Shown here: positions 1 through 7,760 of the stretch, piece by piece
Layout of the letters: each line of letters starts with the position of its first letter
Numbering within the stretch: position 1 is the first letter of the stretch
Origin: a virus
Taxonomy: Duplodnaviria; Caudoviricetes
Direction: 5' to 3' (one strand)
IMG/VR virus record: IMGVR_UViG_3300032302_000165
Coordinates: 1-42,148 of that record
Length of the DNA stretch: 42,148 bases
Notes under the pieces: model-generated
The model's database searches: none
What the model was told of the DNA's origin: nothing
Seen by the model: only the letters and a program-made list of their open reading frames with translations
Translations under genes and position numbers: made by a program

Positions 1-123
1 ACAAGATCAGCGAATTGCTTAAACTGCCAGAGCTTCAGATCGATCTGATCGGTTTGTGGGTCTGGGTTCGTGGCAACACAAAACCACAGAAGGAGGCCCT
101 TAGGGAACAAGGCTGCCGCTGGC
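1..123. repeat. 123-bp exact end overlap, copy 1 (circular assembly signature)
   Basis: Bases 1-123 are identical to 42026-42148, and the junction falls inside a continuous ORF. Confidence 0.95.
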
Positions 124-272
124 ACGCTGGCCGGCAGTGTTGGTACTGGAAGCCAACCGGCCTTGGCCATTCTCGATCTAATCCGGGCAGCCTTGAAGAG
201 CTGGCGCTCAAATACGGCGTGCAGGGCTTCAAGAGCAAGGCCCAGCGGAATCAAAACCTAGCGCCTGCTTGA
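1..272 (+). CDS. 3' part of J-domain protein (gene starts at 41815 and crosses the circular junction; about 160 aa)
   Basis: ORF 15..272 is in frame with GTG 41815 via the end overlap. C-terminal WVWVRGNTKPQKEALREQGCRW..WYWKP segment. Confidence 0.8.
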   Translation, partial: KISELLKLPELQIDLIGLWVWVRGNTKPQKEALREQGCRWHAGRQCWYWKPTGLGHSRSNPGSLEELALKYGVQGFKSKAQRNQNLAPA

Positions 273-336
273 CGCCTGACGACAGCACGGAGGCCCCTCG
301 GGGCTTCCCTGCTGCCCTCTGGCAGCCACCTACCCA
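273..336 (+). repeat. 64-bp structured intergenic direct repeat, copy B (partner 41735-41798)
   Basis: cgcctga-n3-cagcacggaggcccc(t/g)cggggcttccctgctgccctc(t)ggcagc(a)cacctaccca; hairpin followed by CACCTACC. Confidence 0.9.
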
Positions 337-353
337 CCAACCACTTAATCGTA

Positions 354-806
354 ATGGGCATCACCGACACCACCCCGACAATTTTTGACCCTGCCACCGG
401 GAGAATTTATTCATTCCTCAACGAGGAAAACCTTTGCTTTTTTGACAAAGTAACGTTCGACGTGCTCCAGAAATATGGTCGAATCAGCGCCGACGCAGTT
501 GTGTTGCCATTCATTGAAGCCAGGGCCAGGGCTTCCCAGGCCGACCGGGCCAAATACTGCACTGGGGCCCGCAGGGTGACAGCAGAACGAGCAGATGAGG
601 CGTTGAACTGCCTGCCTCCGTTCCGCTGGAGAGCAACCCAAGGCATGGAGGCCTTCGCAATTAGTGAGCCGGTAACTGACCGCATCTTGACGTGGTTTGT
701 CCGGCTTGGTTCTCAGTGGTTCGAGCTCCACGAAGACCGCGCCATCAGCTACGACGACCTGGTGGGCGTGGTGAAGGACAGCATGGGGATGCAGGGCCAT
801 GACTAG
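354..806 (+). CDS. Early hypothetical protein (DUF1419-like C-terminus)
   Basis: 150-aa ORF; VTAERADEALNCLPPFRW..FAISEP..WFVRLG..WF pattern recalls DUF1419-like mobile-element proteins. Confidence 0.6.
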   Translation: MGITDTTPTIFDPATGRIYSFLNEENLCFFDKVTFDVLQKYGRISADAVVLPFIEARARASQADRAKYCTGARRVTAERADEALNCLPPFRWRATQGMEAFAISEPVTDRILTWFVRLGSQWFELHEDRAISYDDLVGVVKDSMGMQGHD

Positions 807-918
807 CGCTCGCCTCGTGGTGGCCGTGGTGGCCCTGCTGGTTGGCCTCTGGGGGCCCCAGCAGCCGCCAAGGTCAGCCATCCCACGCCAGGCCCCCAAC
901 GAGTGGCCTGGCCCCTGA
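799..918 (+). CDS. Small membrane peptide (MTSARLVVAVVALLVGLWGPQ...)
   Basis: 39-aa ORF overlapping the upstream stop; hydrophobic N-terminus. Confidence 0.4.
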   Translation: MTSARLVVAVVALLVGLWGPQQPPRSAIPRQAPNEWPGP

Positions 919-994
919 CCACTGCCCGGGGCCCTGGGCGACTTGGGCCCCCTGCAGTGCTCAGCACTGCCCACCCCATCGCATAAATCAAGCT

Positions 995-1345
995 ATGCAA
1001 TCGCCTTCTTATTCTTACAGCCAAATTGCCGAGAGCTTTGAGCTGTGGCAGGAATATGTAGATCCCCAGGCGACAACAACCAGAGAAGAGTTCGAGGCCA
1101 TGAATCACGCTGACCGCGTTGCTCTGCAGGTTGAGACGTTTGGGCCTGAAGTAATCCCTCCCACCGTTGATACGGTGTTAGCCAGCTGCCAACGGGGCCA
1201 CATCGTTGACGGTAAACAAACCCTTGGCTGGAAGGTTGAAGGCGGCCAGGCCTTCATTCCTGCCAGTGAGCTTCGGCTGGCCCTGGAGGAGGCCTACGAC
1301 CCTTGCATGGCCGACTGGCCGGCTTTGGTGATGATTGATGCCTGA
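995..1345 (+). CDS. Early hypothetical protein
   Basis: Probable start at ATG 995 after a hairpin and C/A-rich leader; globular-looking sequence (SFELWQEYVDP). Confidence 0.65.
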   Translation: MQSPSYSYSQIAESFELWQEYVDPQATTTREEFEAMNHADRVALQVETFGPEVIPPTVDTVLASCQRGHIVDGKQTLGWKVEGGQAFIPASELRLALEEAYDPCMADWPALVMIDA

Positions 1346-1529
1346 CTCCACCGCTCCGAATCAGCCGATGCACCGTTACAGACAGGAGCCGCTGCCAATC
1401 AACGGCGCCGATCCCCGCGAATGGTCCCCAACTGTGCAGCGCACCGACAAGCCAGTCCAGGGTTGGCTGCCGTTCAGCGATGGCAGCCACCTTGGCCCCC
1501 TGTTCAACCTCACTCCAGAAACAAAATGA
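1338..1529 (+). CDS. Small hypothetical protein
   Basis: Overlaps both neighbours, with ATGA coupling at 1526-1529. Confidence 0.45.
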   Translation: MPDSTAPNQPMHRYRQEPLPINGADPREWSPTVQRTDKPVQGWLPFSDGSHLGPLFNLTPETK

Positions 1530-1720
1530 GCCTCAATCGAACACAAGCGCGACTAGCGGCCGCGGCACTTGCGCCACAAGTCCAGGCCTTAGAGGAGCTG
1601 CTGGCCCAACAAGTCCAGTTTTTGCCCCCAGGAAATGGCGATTGGGCCATTACACAGGAACGGCTGGAGCTGGCACAGGGGGCCCTCGTCGCCCTCTACA
1701 GCATCGAGGCCGCCCGATGA
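1526..1720 (+). CDS. Small helical hypothetical protein
   Basis: MSLNRTQARLAAAAL...; ATGA overlaps at both ends. Confidence 0.6.
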   Translation: MSLNRTQARLAAAALAPQVQALEELLAQQVQFLPPGNGDWAITQERLELAQGALVALYSIEAAR

Positions 1721-1908
1721 GCTCCACCACTGCAGCCGTGGCGATCGCCGCGGCCTTGACCCTGGGCCCGGTGCTGCTGCTGGTCTTCCAGCAACACCAG
1801 AAGCGGGAGCGCCGCCGCAAGGTTCGAGGCCAGATGCAGCCGAGGCGTCGGCCATCGGTCCGCTACCACGTCGTGGTTTTCACCAACGAAAGGAGCCGGA
1901 GGGCATGA
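1717..1908 (+). CDS. Small single-pass membrane protein with basic tail
   Basis: MSSTTAAVAIAAALTLGPVLLLVFQQHQKRERRRK; ATGA overlaps at both ends. Confidence 0.6.
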   Translation: MSSTTAAVAIAAALTLGPVLLLVFQQHQKRERRRKVRGQMQPRRRPSVRYHVVVFTNERSRRA

Positions 1909-2291
1909 ACCACCACCAGCACCAGGCCGAAATCCTGCACCGGTTGCGAATGTCGGCGATCGAGACGGCCGGCTGTGGTCGGGTGACGATCGCCACCGTG
2001 GAGGCCCTGCTATGGGTCGCCGCGGGGGTGGACAACACCAGGGACCTTGGCGTGGCCATGGGGCAGCCGGGGCGCCCTCAGGCCGTGGCCAGCACCAACC
2101 GGATCCTCTCGGCGCTCCGTGGCCGGGACCGGATGGCGGCAGGGAGATGGGTGCCGGCCCCCTTCCAGTTGGTCAAAACCCGGCGGCACCCGCACCGCCG
2201 CGGCTACCTCCTCACTCTGACCTCGGAAGCCGAAGAGCTGTTGGGGGGCGGGGGGGGGGAGAACAAATACACCCCTGCAGCTGAGTATTAA
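1905..2291 (+). CDS. Winged-HTH (MarR-like) DNA-binding protein
   Basis: ATG 1905 with GGAGG upstream; EALLWVA..TRDLGVAMG..ASTNRILSAL..LVKTRRHPHRRGYLLTLTSEAEELL fits a wHTH with wing. Confidence 0.6.
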   Translation: MNHHQHQAEILHRLRMSAIETAGCGRVTIATVEALLWVAAGVDNTRDLGVAMGQPGRPQAVASTNRILSALRGRDRMAAGRWVPAPFQLVKTRRHPHRRGYLLTLTSEAEELLGGGGGENKYTPAAEY

Positions 2292-2412
2292 AATTGGAAA
2301 CGAGGACTCTAATCCTTTCGATCGAAGTTCCAACCCGTAAGGGTCCATTCCACTTTGCTGCATGGTTGCAGCAGTCCCGTAGCGGTTGCAGGATCAGTCT
2401 ACAGAGGTGTAC
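2267..2412. promoter_or_regulatory. Cluster of three CTRCA-N4-TGYAG-type palindromes upstream of the MarR-int operon
   Basis: ATACA-CCCC-TGCAG 2267-2280; CTGCA-TGGT-TGCAG 2358-2371; CTACA-GAGG-TGTAC 2399-2412; TAAAAT -10-like box at 2289. Confidence 0.6.
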
Positions 2413-2442
2413 TAGTGTCTACTCTAGTGTCCCCACTAGGCC

Positions 2443-2760
2443 ATGGATTTGGTACGACTTGAGGCCGCTCTGGCCGCTTTCTCAGTTCTGGAGCCGACCG
2501 CGCTCCCGCTCCACCACATCCAAGTCTATTTAATGGTCGCAAGGGCTGAGCCGTGCCTTTACGAACAAATCGAGCAGGAACTGGGGCTATCAAATGCCTC
2601 TGTAAGTCGGACGGTAAATGCGCTGTCCGATACCCACCGAACTGGACGCGAAGGCCTCCGCCTGCTTGCAGTCACCAAAGACCCCGAGGAGAGGCGCCGC
2701 TACCTGGTCTCCCTTTCGAGCCGGGGGCGGGCCCTGCTCCGCCAGATCAAAAGCCTCTGA
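2443..2760 (+). CDS. MarR-family transcriptional regulator (repressor or recombination directionality factor candidate)
   Basis: HHIQVYLMVA..EQIEQELGLSNASVSRTVNAL..DPEERRRYLVSLSSRGRALL is a typical MarR wHTH. Lies directly upstream of int, as in T7-like cyanophages. Confidence 0.85.
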   Translation: MDLVRLEAALAAFSVLEPTALPLHHIQVYLMVARAEPCLYEQIEQELGLSNASVSRTVNALSDTHRTGREGLRLLAVTKDPEERRRYLVSLSSRGRALLRQIKSL

Positions 2761-2781
2761 ACCACCTACCAACACCACCCC

Positions 2782-3789
2782 ATGACCGGAGCAGTACGAA
2801 AACGCATGGATGCCAGCGGCCAGATCCGCTGGATTGCTGACGTCACGATCGACGGCAAGCGCCGGCAAGCCAGCGGCCGCACCAAGGCCGAGGCCGAGAA
2901 GAAGCGCCGCGAGTTGAGGGATCGCCTCATGGCCGAGCCCGTGGTGAGCTCCCAGGGGTTCACCCTGGCCCAGGCCCGGCAGCTATCGCTGAAGGTGCGA
3001 TGGGCTGGGCTGCCCTATGAACGAACGGCCGCGATCTACAGCGGCGCAGCGGTGGAGTTCTTCGGACCCTCCACACCGCTCGAATCGATCAACGCCCCAG
3101 CGGTGGAGCAGTGGCGGGCCTCGCTGCGGGGCCAGGGCAACCGGCCGGCCACCATCAACCGGAAGCTCTCCGCCCTCAAGGCGATGTTCAGCGATGCCCA
3201 GCTCCACGGGCGCATCACCACCCGGCCGGCGATGCCCAAGCAGCTGAAGCCCGGCGGCGAGAAGGACCGCGTGATGAGCGACCGCGAGCGGGACCAGCTG
3301 TGCGAATACTTCCAAGCGATCGAGGAGCCCGCCGCCGCCCTGGTGCTGGTGTTCCTCCTCGAAACCGCGGCCCGCTGGGGGGAAGCGGAGCGGCTGCGCT
3401 GGGGCGATGTCGATCTGGAGCGGGGCCGGGTGACGTTCTGGAAGACCAAGAACGGCCAGCCCCGCACCGTGCCCCTAACCGCCCGGGCCCTCGATGCGGT
3501 GAAGGCCTGCGGCGTGCCGGTGCCCAACGCCCGGGTGTTCCCCTACAGCTACGACCGCTATCGCCGGCTGTTCGATCGGGCCAAGGAGCACCTAGGCCTG
3601 GCCCACGATCAGACCCTCACGATCCACACCACCCGCCACACGTGTGCCTCGAAGCTGGCCACCAGGGGGATCAGCCTGGTGCAGCTGATGACCTTCGGGG
3701 GCTGGAGCTCCCTGGCTGCCGTGAAGCGATACCTCCACCTCTCCACCGATGCCCTCTCGGCATGCGTGGAAGCGCTGGAAGCGGGCTGA
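2782..3789 (+). CDS. int: Tyrosine recombinase (phage integrase)
   Basis: Catalytic motifs ETAARWGE (R), KTKNG (K), HTTRH (HxxR), GW and KRYLH (Y); N-terminal arm-binding-like domain. Confidence 0.95.
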   Translation: MTGAVRKRMDASGQIRWIADVTIDGKRRQASGRTKAEAEKKRRELRDRLMAEPVVSSQGFTLAQARQLSLKVRWAGLPYERTAAIYSGAAVEFFGPSTPLESINAPAVEQWRASLRGQGNRPATINRKLSALKAMFSDAQLHGRITTRPAMPKQLKPGGEKDRVMSDRERDQLCEYFQAIEEPAAALVLVFLLETAARWGEAERLRWGDVDLERGRVTFWKTKNGQPRTVPLTARALDAVKACGVPVPNARVFPYSYDRYRRLFDRAKEHLGLAHDQTLTIHTTRHTCASKLATRGISLVQLMTFGGWSSLAAVKRYLHLSTDALSACVEALEAG

Positions 3790-3803
3790 TGGGATCCCGT
3801 ACT

Positions 3804-4113
3804 GTGGATGCGTCCACCCGTTCTCTGGTTGCCGTTTTTTGCTGCCGAATTGCTGCTTTTCCAAGCAGCAGAAGCAGCAATCAAAAACCCGAGAACCCAG
3901 GCCAGGACTGACCGGGGGCATGGCGAAATGGTATACGCAGCGGACTTAAAAACCGCTGCCTACCTTTACGACCCTGCAGAACAGTTCCCCCGACAGGGGT
4001 GAGGATAAGGGGACCCACCTCTACAGGGTCCCGGTGGATTTTCTGCCGTTCGGCCCTGTTGCCGCAGCAAAAAACGGCATGAATTCGGCAAGCAGCAAAT
4101 CCACCACGGTGGA
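3804..4113. mobile_element. attP region: tRNA-derived core flanked by inverted arm-type repeats
   Basis: Core IR GCAGCGG-acttaaaaa-CCGCTGC (3937-3959). Exact 16-bp inverted repeat TGCCGTTTTTTGCTGC 3830-3845 / GCAGCAAAAAACGGCA 4064-4079, plus shorter TGCCGAATT and TTGCTGCTT inverted pairs. Confidence 0.8.
3914..3951 (+). pseudogene. 5' fragment of tRNA-Leu(TAA) (attP core, not a functional tRNA)
   Basis: GGGGGCA-TG-GCGAAATGGTATACGC-A-GCGGA-CTTAAAA gives the acceptor 5' strand, D-arm, anticodon 5' stem and TAA loop. No T-arm follows. Confidence 0.85.
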
Positions 4114-6487
4114 TAGGGACCTTCAGCAGCGGCTGGAATGGCAGGAAGCCACCAACGCGCAGCAGCGGGCCCAGGTGATGCGGCAGGTGCTCCGCCGGTA
4201 TCGCCGGGAGAGCTGCACCGAATACGGGACCGCGTTATTTCAGCTGTTTGCCGATCCCATGGCCCGTGAAGTCGAGGCCATTCTTTATCGCTGGGGCACC
4301 AACCCTCAGCTGGGCGGCCCTGGTTATGCGGCCCTGCCCCTGGTGGCGGCCCTCGGCAGCCCCCAGCGCATCGCGGCGGTGGCCCTAGTCACGATCCTTG
4401 ATCGGCTGAGCCACGCCACCAGCTTCCAAGGGTTGGCGCTGGCCATCGGCCTGGCCGTGGAAGCCGAGGTGAAAGCGGGCGAGATCGAGAAGCGAGCACC
4501 CGCCAGCCTTGAGCGACTGCTTCAGGGCACCACGGCGGAGAAGCGCAAGGCGGTGATGGCGATGGCCGCCCGGCCCATCGAGGGGGGCGGCGCCATCTGG
4601 ACCCGCATGGAGCGGGCGACCGTGGGACTGCTGCTGCTGGAGGTCATCCGGGGCGAAACCGGCCTGGTGCTGATCGACAAGAGCGGCCAGCCCAGCCGGC
4701 GGATGCAGTGGCGGGTGCTGCCATCGCCCCGGGCTCTGGATTTCATCCGGCGCTACCCGCCCCGCAGTCTCCGGCCCAACCGGGGGCCGATGGTGATCGA
4801 GCCAATGCCATGGGAGGGGTTGATGGGAGGGGGGCATCTGGCCAACACCTCCCCGGTGGTGCAGATCCGGGGCAGCCGGAACCACGCCGGCATCAGCTAT
4901 CTGGCGGGTCGGATTGGCCCCCAGCTGGCGGCCGTCAACATCCTGCAGCGGCAGCAGCTGGAGGTGGACCCGTGGATGCTGCAAGTGCAGCGGGAGGCCT
5001 GGGATCGGGGCATCCCCGGCCTGTTCCCGGTTGATCGCGACCCGGTTCCAGATGCGGGGCCGTTCCCCACCAGCGAGCCGCCGGATGTGCAGGATGCCTG
5101 GCGGCGCAACCAAGCCCGGCACCACCAGGACCTGCGAGAAAACAGCTGCCGGCGGCTGGCGATCGAGCGGGCACTGCAAACAGCGGAGGCGCTGGTGGGC
5201 CGGCCGATCTGGCAAGCCCATTTCTTGGATTTCCGGGGCAGGGCCTTCACCTCCAACCGGGCCCTCACCCACCAGGGCCCCGACCACCAGAAGGCGCTGC
5301 TGCGGTTTGGCGCTGGGAAATGTGGCTTGCGCGAAGAGCGCTGGATCTTGACGGCAGCGGCGGGGCACTGGGGCCTGACGCGCAGCAGCTGGAAAGCTCG
5401 ATGGAGCTGGGGCATGCAAGAGGCGTGGCGACTGGAGGCAATCGCGGCCGATCCAATCGGCAAGGCCGACCTATGGCGGAGGGCCCGGCAGCCCTGGCAG
5501 TTCCTGCAGATGGCGCGGGCGTGGTCTGACCCGGGGGAGGCTTGCCGGGTGCCCATCCGGCTGGATCAAACCTGTTCCGGGGCCGGGATCATCGCCACTC
5601 TGCTGAGGGATCGAGCGATGGCCGAGCTGTGCAACGTCTGCGGCACGGGCCCGAACGATCTCTATTCCGCCGTGGTGGAACGCTTGCGCCACCAGCTGGA
5701 GATCGACCTGCACACCGGGGACGCCGATACGCATCAGCTCGCCGCAGGCTGGCTGGAGCTCGGCATCGATCGCAGCTGGGTGAAATCGGCGGTGATGTTC
5801 ACCCCCTACGGCGGCACACCGAGGTCGGTTGCCGACGGGATTCGGAATCAGCTTCAGCAGCGGCTGGGCCCTGTTGATGACTGGGTGGGCCGAATCCACC
5901 GGCCAAGCGACTACCTCGAATCCAGGCTGCGGAGGGTGGTCGCCACCGAAACCGCTTGCCTGATGCAGCTGCGCCGCTGGCTCTGCGACGTGGGCCGGCT
6001 GGTGGTGGGCGGGCACCAGCAGCAGATCAGATGGACCACGCCGATGGGCTGGCCCATGCAGGTGGGGAAGCCCACGCCCTCGAAAAGCGTCGTCCGCACT
6101 CACTTGCTGGGCAAGTTGGCCAGCGTCAGCTTCGACGAGGACCCGCCGGACGGAGAGCTCAGCGCCCGGAAAACCAACGCCAGCATCACCGCAAACCTGA
6201 TCCACAGCTTCGATGCCGCCCTGGTGCATGCCGTGGCATCCAGGGCTGGAGAGCAGGGAGCCCCACTGCTGACCAACCACGACTGTTTTGTCACTGATCC
6301 AGCCAACGCCAGCTGGCTGCAGAAAACGCTGCTCGATGAGTTCCGGGCCCTCTATGCCACCGACTGGCTGGGGGAGATTGCCGAGGAAATCCGCTCCAAT
6401 GCAGGAGTTCAGGCAGTCCCGCCGCCCCCGGCGCGGGGAGGGCTGCAGGTCGGGGAGATCGGCGAAAACCTGTACCTGTTCAGCTAG
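4034..6487 (+). CDS. T7-like single-subunit DNA-directed RNA polymerase (true start may be ATG 4079 or GTG 4109)
   Basis: DFRGR, motif A LDQTCSG, motif B KSAVMFTPYG, NLIHSFDA, motif C NHDCF, C-terminal YLFS. Confidence 0.95.
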   Translation: MDFLPFGPVAAAKNGMNSASSKSTTVDRDLQQRLEWQEATNAQQRAQVMRQVLRRYRRESCTEYGTALFQLFADPMAREVEAILYRWGTNPQLGGPGYAALPLVAALGSPQRIAAVALVTILDRLSHATSFQGLALAIGLAVEAEVKAGEIEKRAPASLERLLQGTTAEKRKAVMAMAARPIEGGGAIWTRMERATVGLLLLEVIRGETGLVLIDKSGQPSRRMQWRVLPSPRALDFIRRYPPRSLRPNRGPMVIEPMPWEGLMGGGHLANTSPVVQIRGSRNHAGISYLAGRIGPQLAAVNILQRQQLEVDPWMLQVQREAWDRGIPGLFPVDRDPVPDAGPFPTSEPPDVQDAWRRNQARHHQDLRENSCRRLAIERALQTAEALVGRPIWQAHFLDFRGRAFTSNRALTHQGPDHQKALLRFGAGKCGLREERWILTAAAGHWGLTRSSWKARWSWGMQEAWRLEAIAADPIGKADLWRRARQPWQFLQMARAWSDPGEACRVPIRLDQTCSGAGIIATLLRDRAMAELCNVCGTGPNDLYSAVVERLRHQLEIDLHTGDADTHQLAAGWLELGIDRSWVKSAVMFTPYGGTPRSVADGIRNQLQQRLGPVDDWVGRIHRPSDYLESRLRRVVATETACLMQLRRWLCDVGRLVVGGHQQQIRWTTPMGWPMQVGKPTPSKSVVRTHLLGKLASVSFDEDPPDGELSARKTNASITANLIHSFDAALVHAVASRAGEQGAPLLTNHDCFVTDPANASWLQKTLLDEFRALYATDWLGEIAEEIRSNAGVQAVPPPPARGGLQVGEIGENLYLFS

Positions 6488-6530
6488 GCCCTAGCGCTGG
6501 CGCTAGTAGGTGCGCTAGTGTCTGGGAGCC

Positions 6531-6544
6531 CTACACCCCTGCAG
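6531..6544. promoter_or_regulatory. Palindromic site upstream of ssb
   Basis: CTACA-CCCC-TGCAG, 3 nt before ATG 6548; TAGTGT -10-like box at 6516. Confidence 0.6.
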
Positions 6545-6547
6545 AGC

Positions 6548-7204
6548 ATGGCATCCGAAACGCTGGTCACCCCGGCCGGCGAGGTCCTGTTTGCAAACGT
6601 CCTCAAGCCCAAGCTGATCAAGAACGATTCGGGCGAAAAAATGCAGTACGGAATCGTGCTGCTGCAAGCAGATCCCGAGCAAGACTCTGGCGCCAAGTTA
6701 TTTATTGGCTCCCTGCACAAAGCGTTCATGGACCACTTCGGCGGCAACGCCAAGTACGGCCCAAACGGAAAGCCGTGGAAGCGCGAAACAACCGTCAACA
6801 GTGAAGGCATTGAAATCCCTACCGGCCTGGTCCGGATCACGTTTAGCCGTGATGTGATGACGGCGCGTGGCACCGAGCTGCCACAGCCCATGGTGCAAGA
6901 CGCCAAGGGGAATCCCTGGCCGGTCGATGTAGCAATCGGCAACGGTTCAGTCTGCAAAATCGCCTATTCCTATTACCTGTGGGACAACCCCAAGGGAGGA
7001 AAGGGGCTGAGCCTGCAGCTGCTGGGTGTTCGTATTCTCCAGCACGTTCCCTACGCCATGCAAGCCGTCGATCCCGGCGTCTTTGGTGCGCCCGAGGAGG
7101 GCACGGACGCCACCACCCTGGGCCCTGCTGCAGCGGATCCGTTTGGGACTTTTATCCCTTCCGATGAGGCCGGTCCCGTCAGCACTGAAGAGGTGCCCTG
7201 GTGA
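6548..7204 (+). CDS. ssb: T7 gp2.5-like single-stranded DNA-binding protein
   Basis: LVTPAGEVLFANVLKP..IGNGSVCKIA..GLSLQLLGVRIL; acidic tail ending in Trp; position after RNAP. Confidence 0.85.
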   Translation: MASETLVTPAGEVLFANVLKPKLIKNDSGEKMQYGIVLLQADPEQDSGAKLFIGSLHKAFMDHFGGNAKYGPNGKPWKRETTVNSEGIEIPTGLVRITFSRDVMTARGTELPQPMVQDAKGNPWPVDVAIGNGSVCKIAYSYYLWDNPKGGKGLSLQLLGVRILQHVPYAMQAVDPGVFGAPEEGTDATTLGPAAADPFGTFIPSDEAGPVSTEEVPW

Positions 7205-7284
7205 GCCAAGAAATCAAAATCACGCGGTCATTTTCCGCACACGGCCAGGGCGAGCTGTTCGACGACCTGGGAGAGGATGAATGA
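7201..7284 (+). CDS. 27-aa micropeptide with QGELF motif
   Basis: MSQEIKITRSFSAHGQGELFDDLGEDE; GTGA and ATGA overlaps with both neighbours; GAGGTG SD upstream. Confidence 0.55.
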   Translation: MSQEIKITRSFSAHGQGELFDDLGEDE

Positions 7285-7760
7285 ACATCCTGGCGATTGA
7301 TCCAGGCCCGGTGCAATCGGCCCTTGTGTTGCTTGGCCCTGATCGAAAGATCCTTGAGGCCAGCATCGAGGGCAACGAAGGGGTCGCCAGTCTCCTCAAA
7401 AATGGCGGCTTTTGTAATCGCCTCGGCTACGTCTGGCCCCACTTGGCAATCGAAATGATTGCCTCCTACGGGATGCCCGTGGGGGCGGAGGTCTTCGAGA
7501 CCTGCACTTGGATCGGTCGCTTCGAGGAGGCCTTTGCCCACAAGGCCCAGATGGCTCGCTACTTCCGTAAGGACATCAAGCTGCATCTATGTGGTGTCAC
7601 CAGGGCCAAAGATTCCAATGTTCGGCAGGCATTGACTGATCTGCTGGGCCCCGCCGGTGTCAAGAAGGAGCCCGGCCCTACTTACGGGATCAAAAAAGAT
7701 ATGTGGGCAGCGCTTGCTGTTGCCGTCTACGCCCATCACGTTCTCAGCCAACCGAAATGA
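7281..7760 (+). CDS. RuvC-like (RNase H fold) Holliday junction resolvase
   Basis: ILAIDPG, LAIEM and C-terminal DMWAALAVA acidic motifs. Confidence 0.75.
   Translation: MNILAIDPGPVQSALVLLGPDRKILEASIEGNEGVASLLKNGGFCNRLGYVWPHLAIEMIASYGMPVGAEVFETCTWIGRFEEAFAHKAQMARYFRKDIKLHLCGVTRAKDSNVRQALTDLLGPAGVKKEPGPTYGIKKDMWAALAVAVYAHHVLSQPK

Noticed and set aside
2243-2760. Poly-G frameshift fusing the 1905 wHTH to MarR
   Set aside because: Both alternative frames hit stops (2284 and about 2340) before 2443.
3914-3990. Complete tRNA-Leu gene
   Set aside because: Similarity ends after the anticodon loop; no variable arm, T-arm or 3' acceptor strand.
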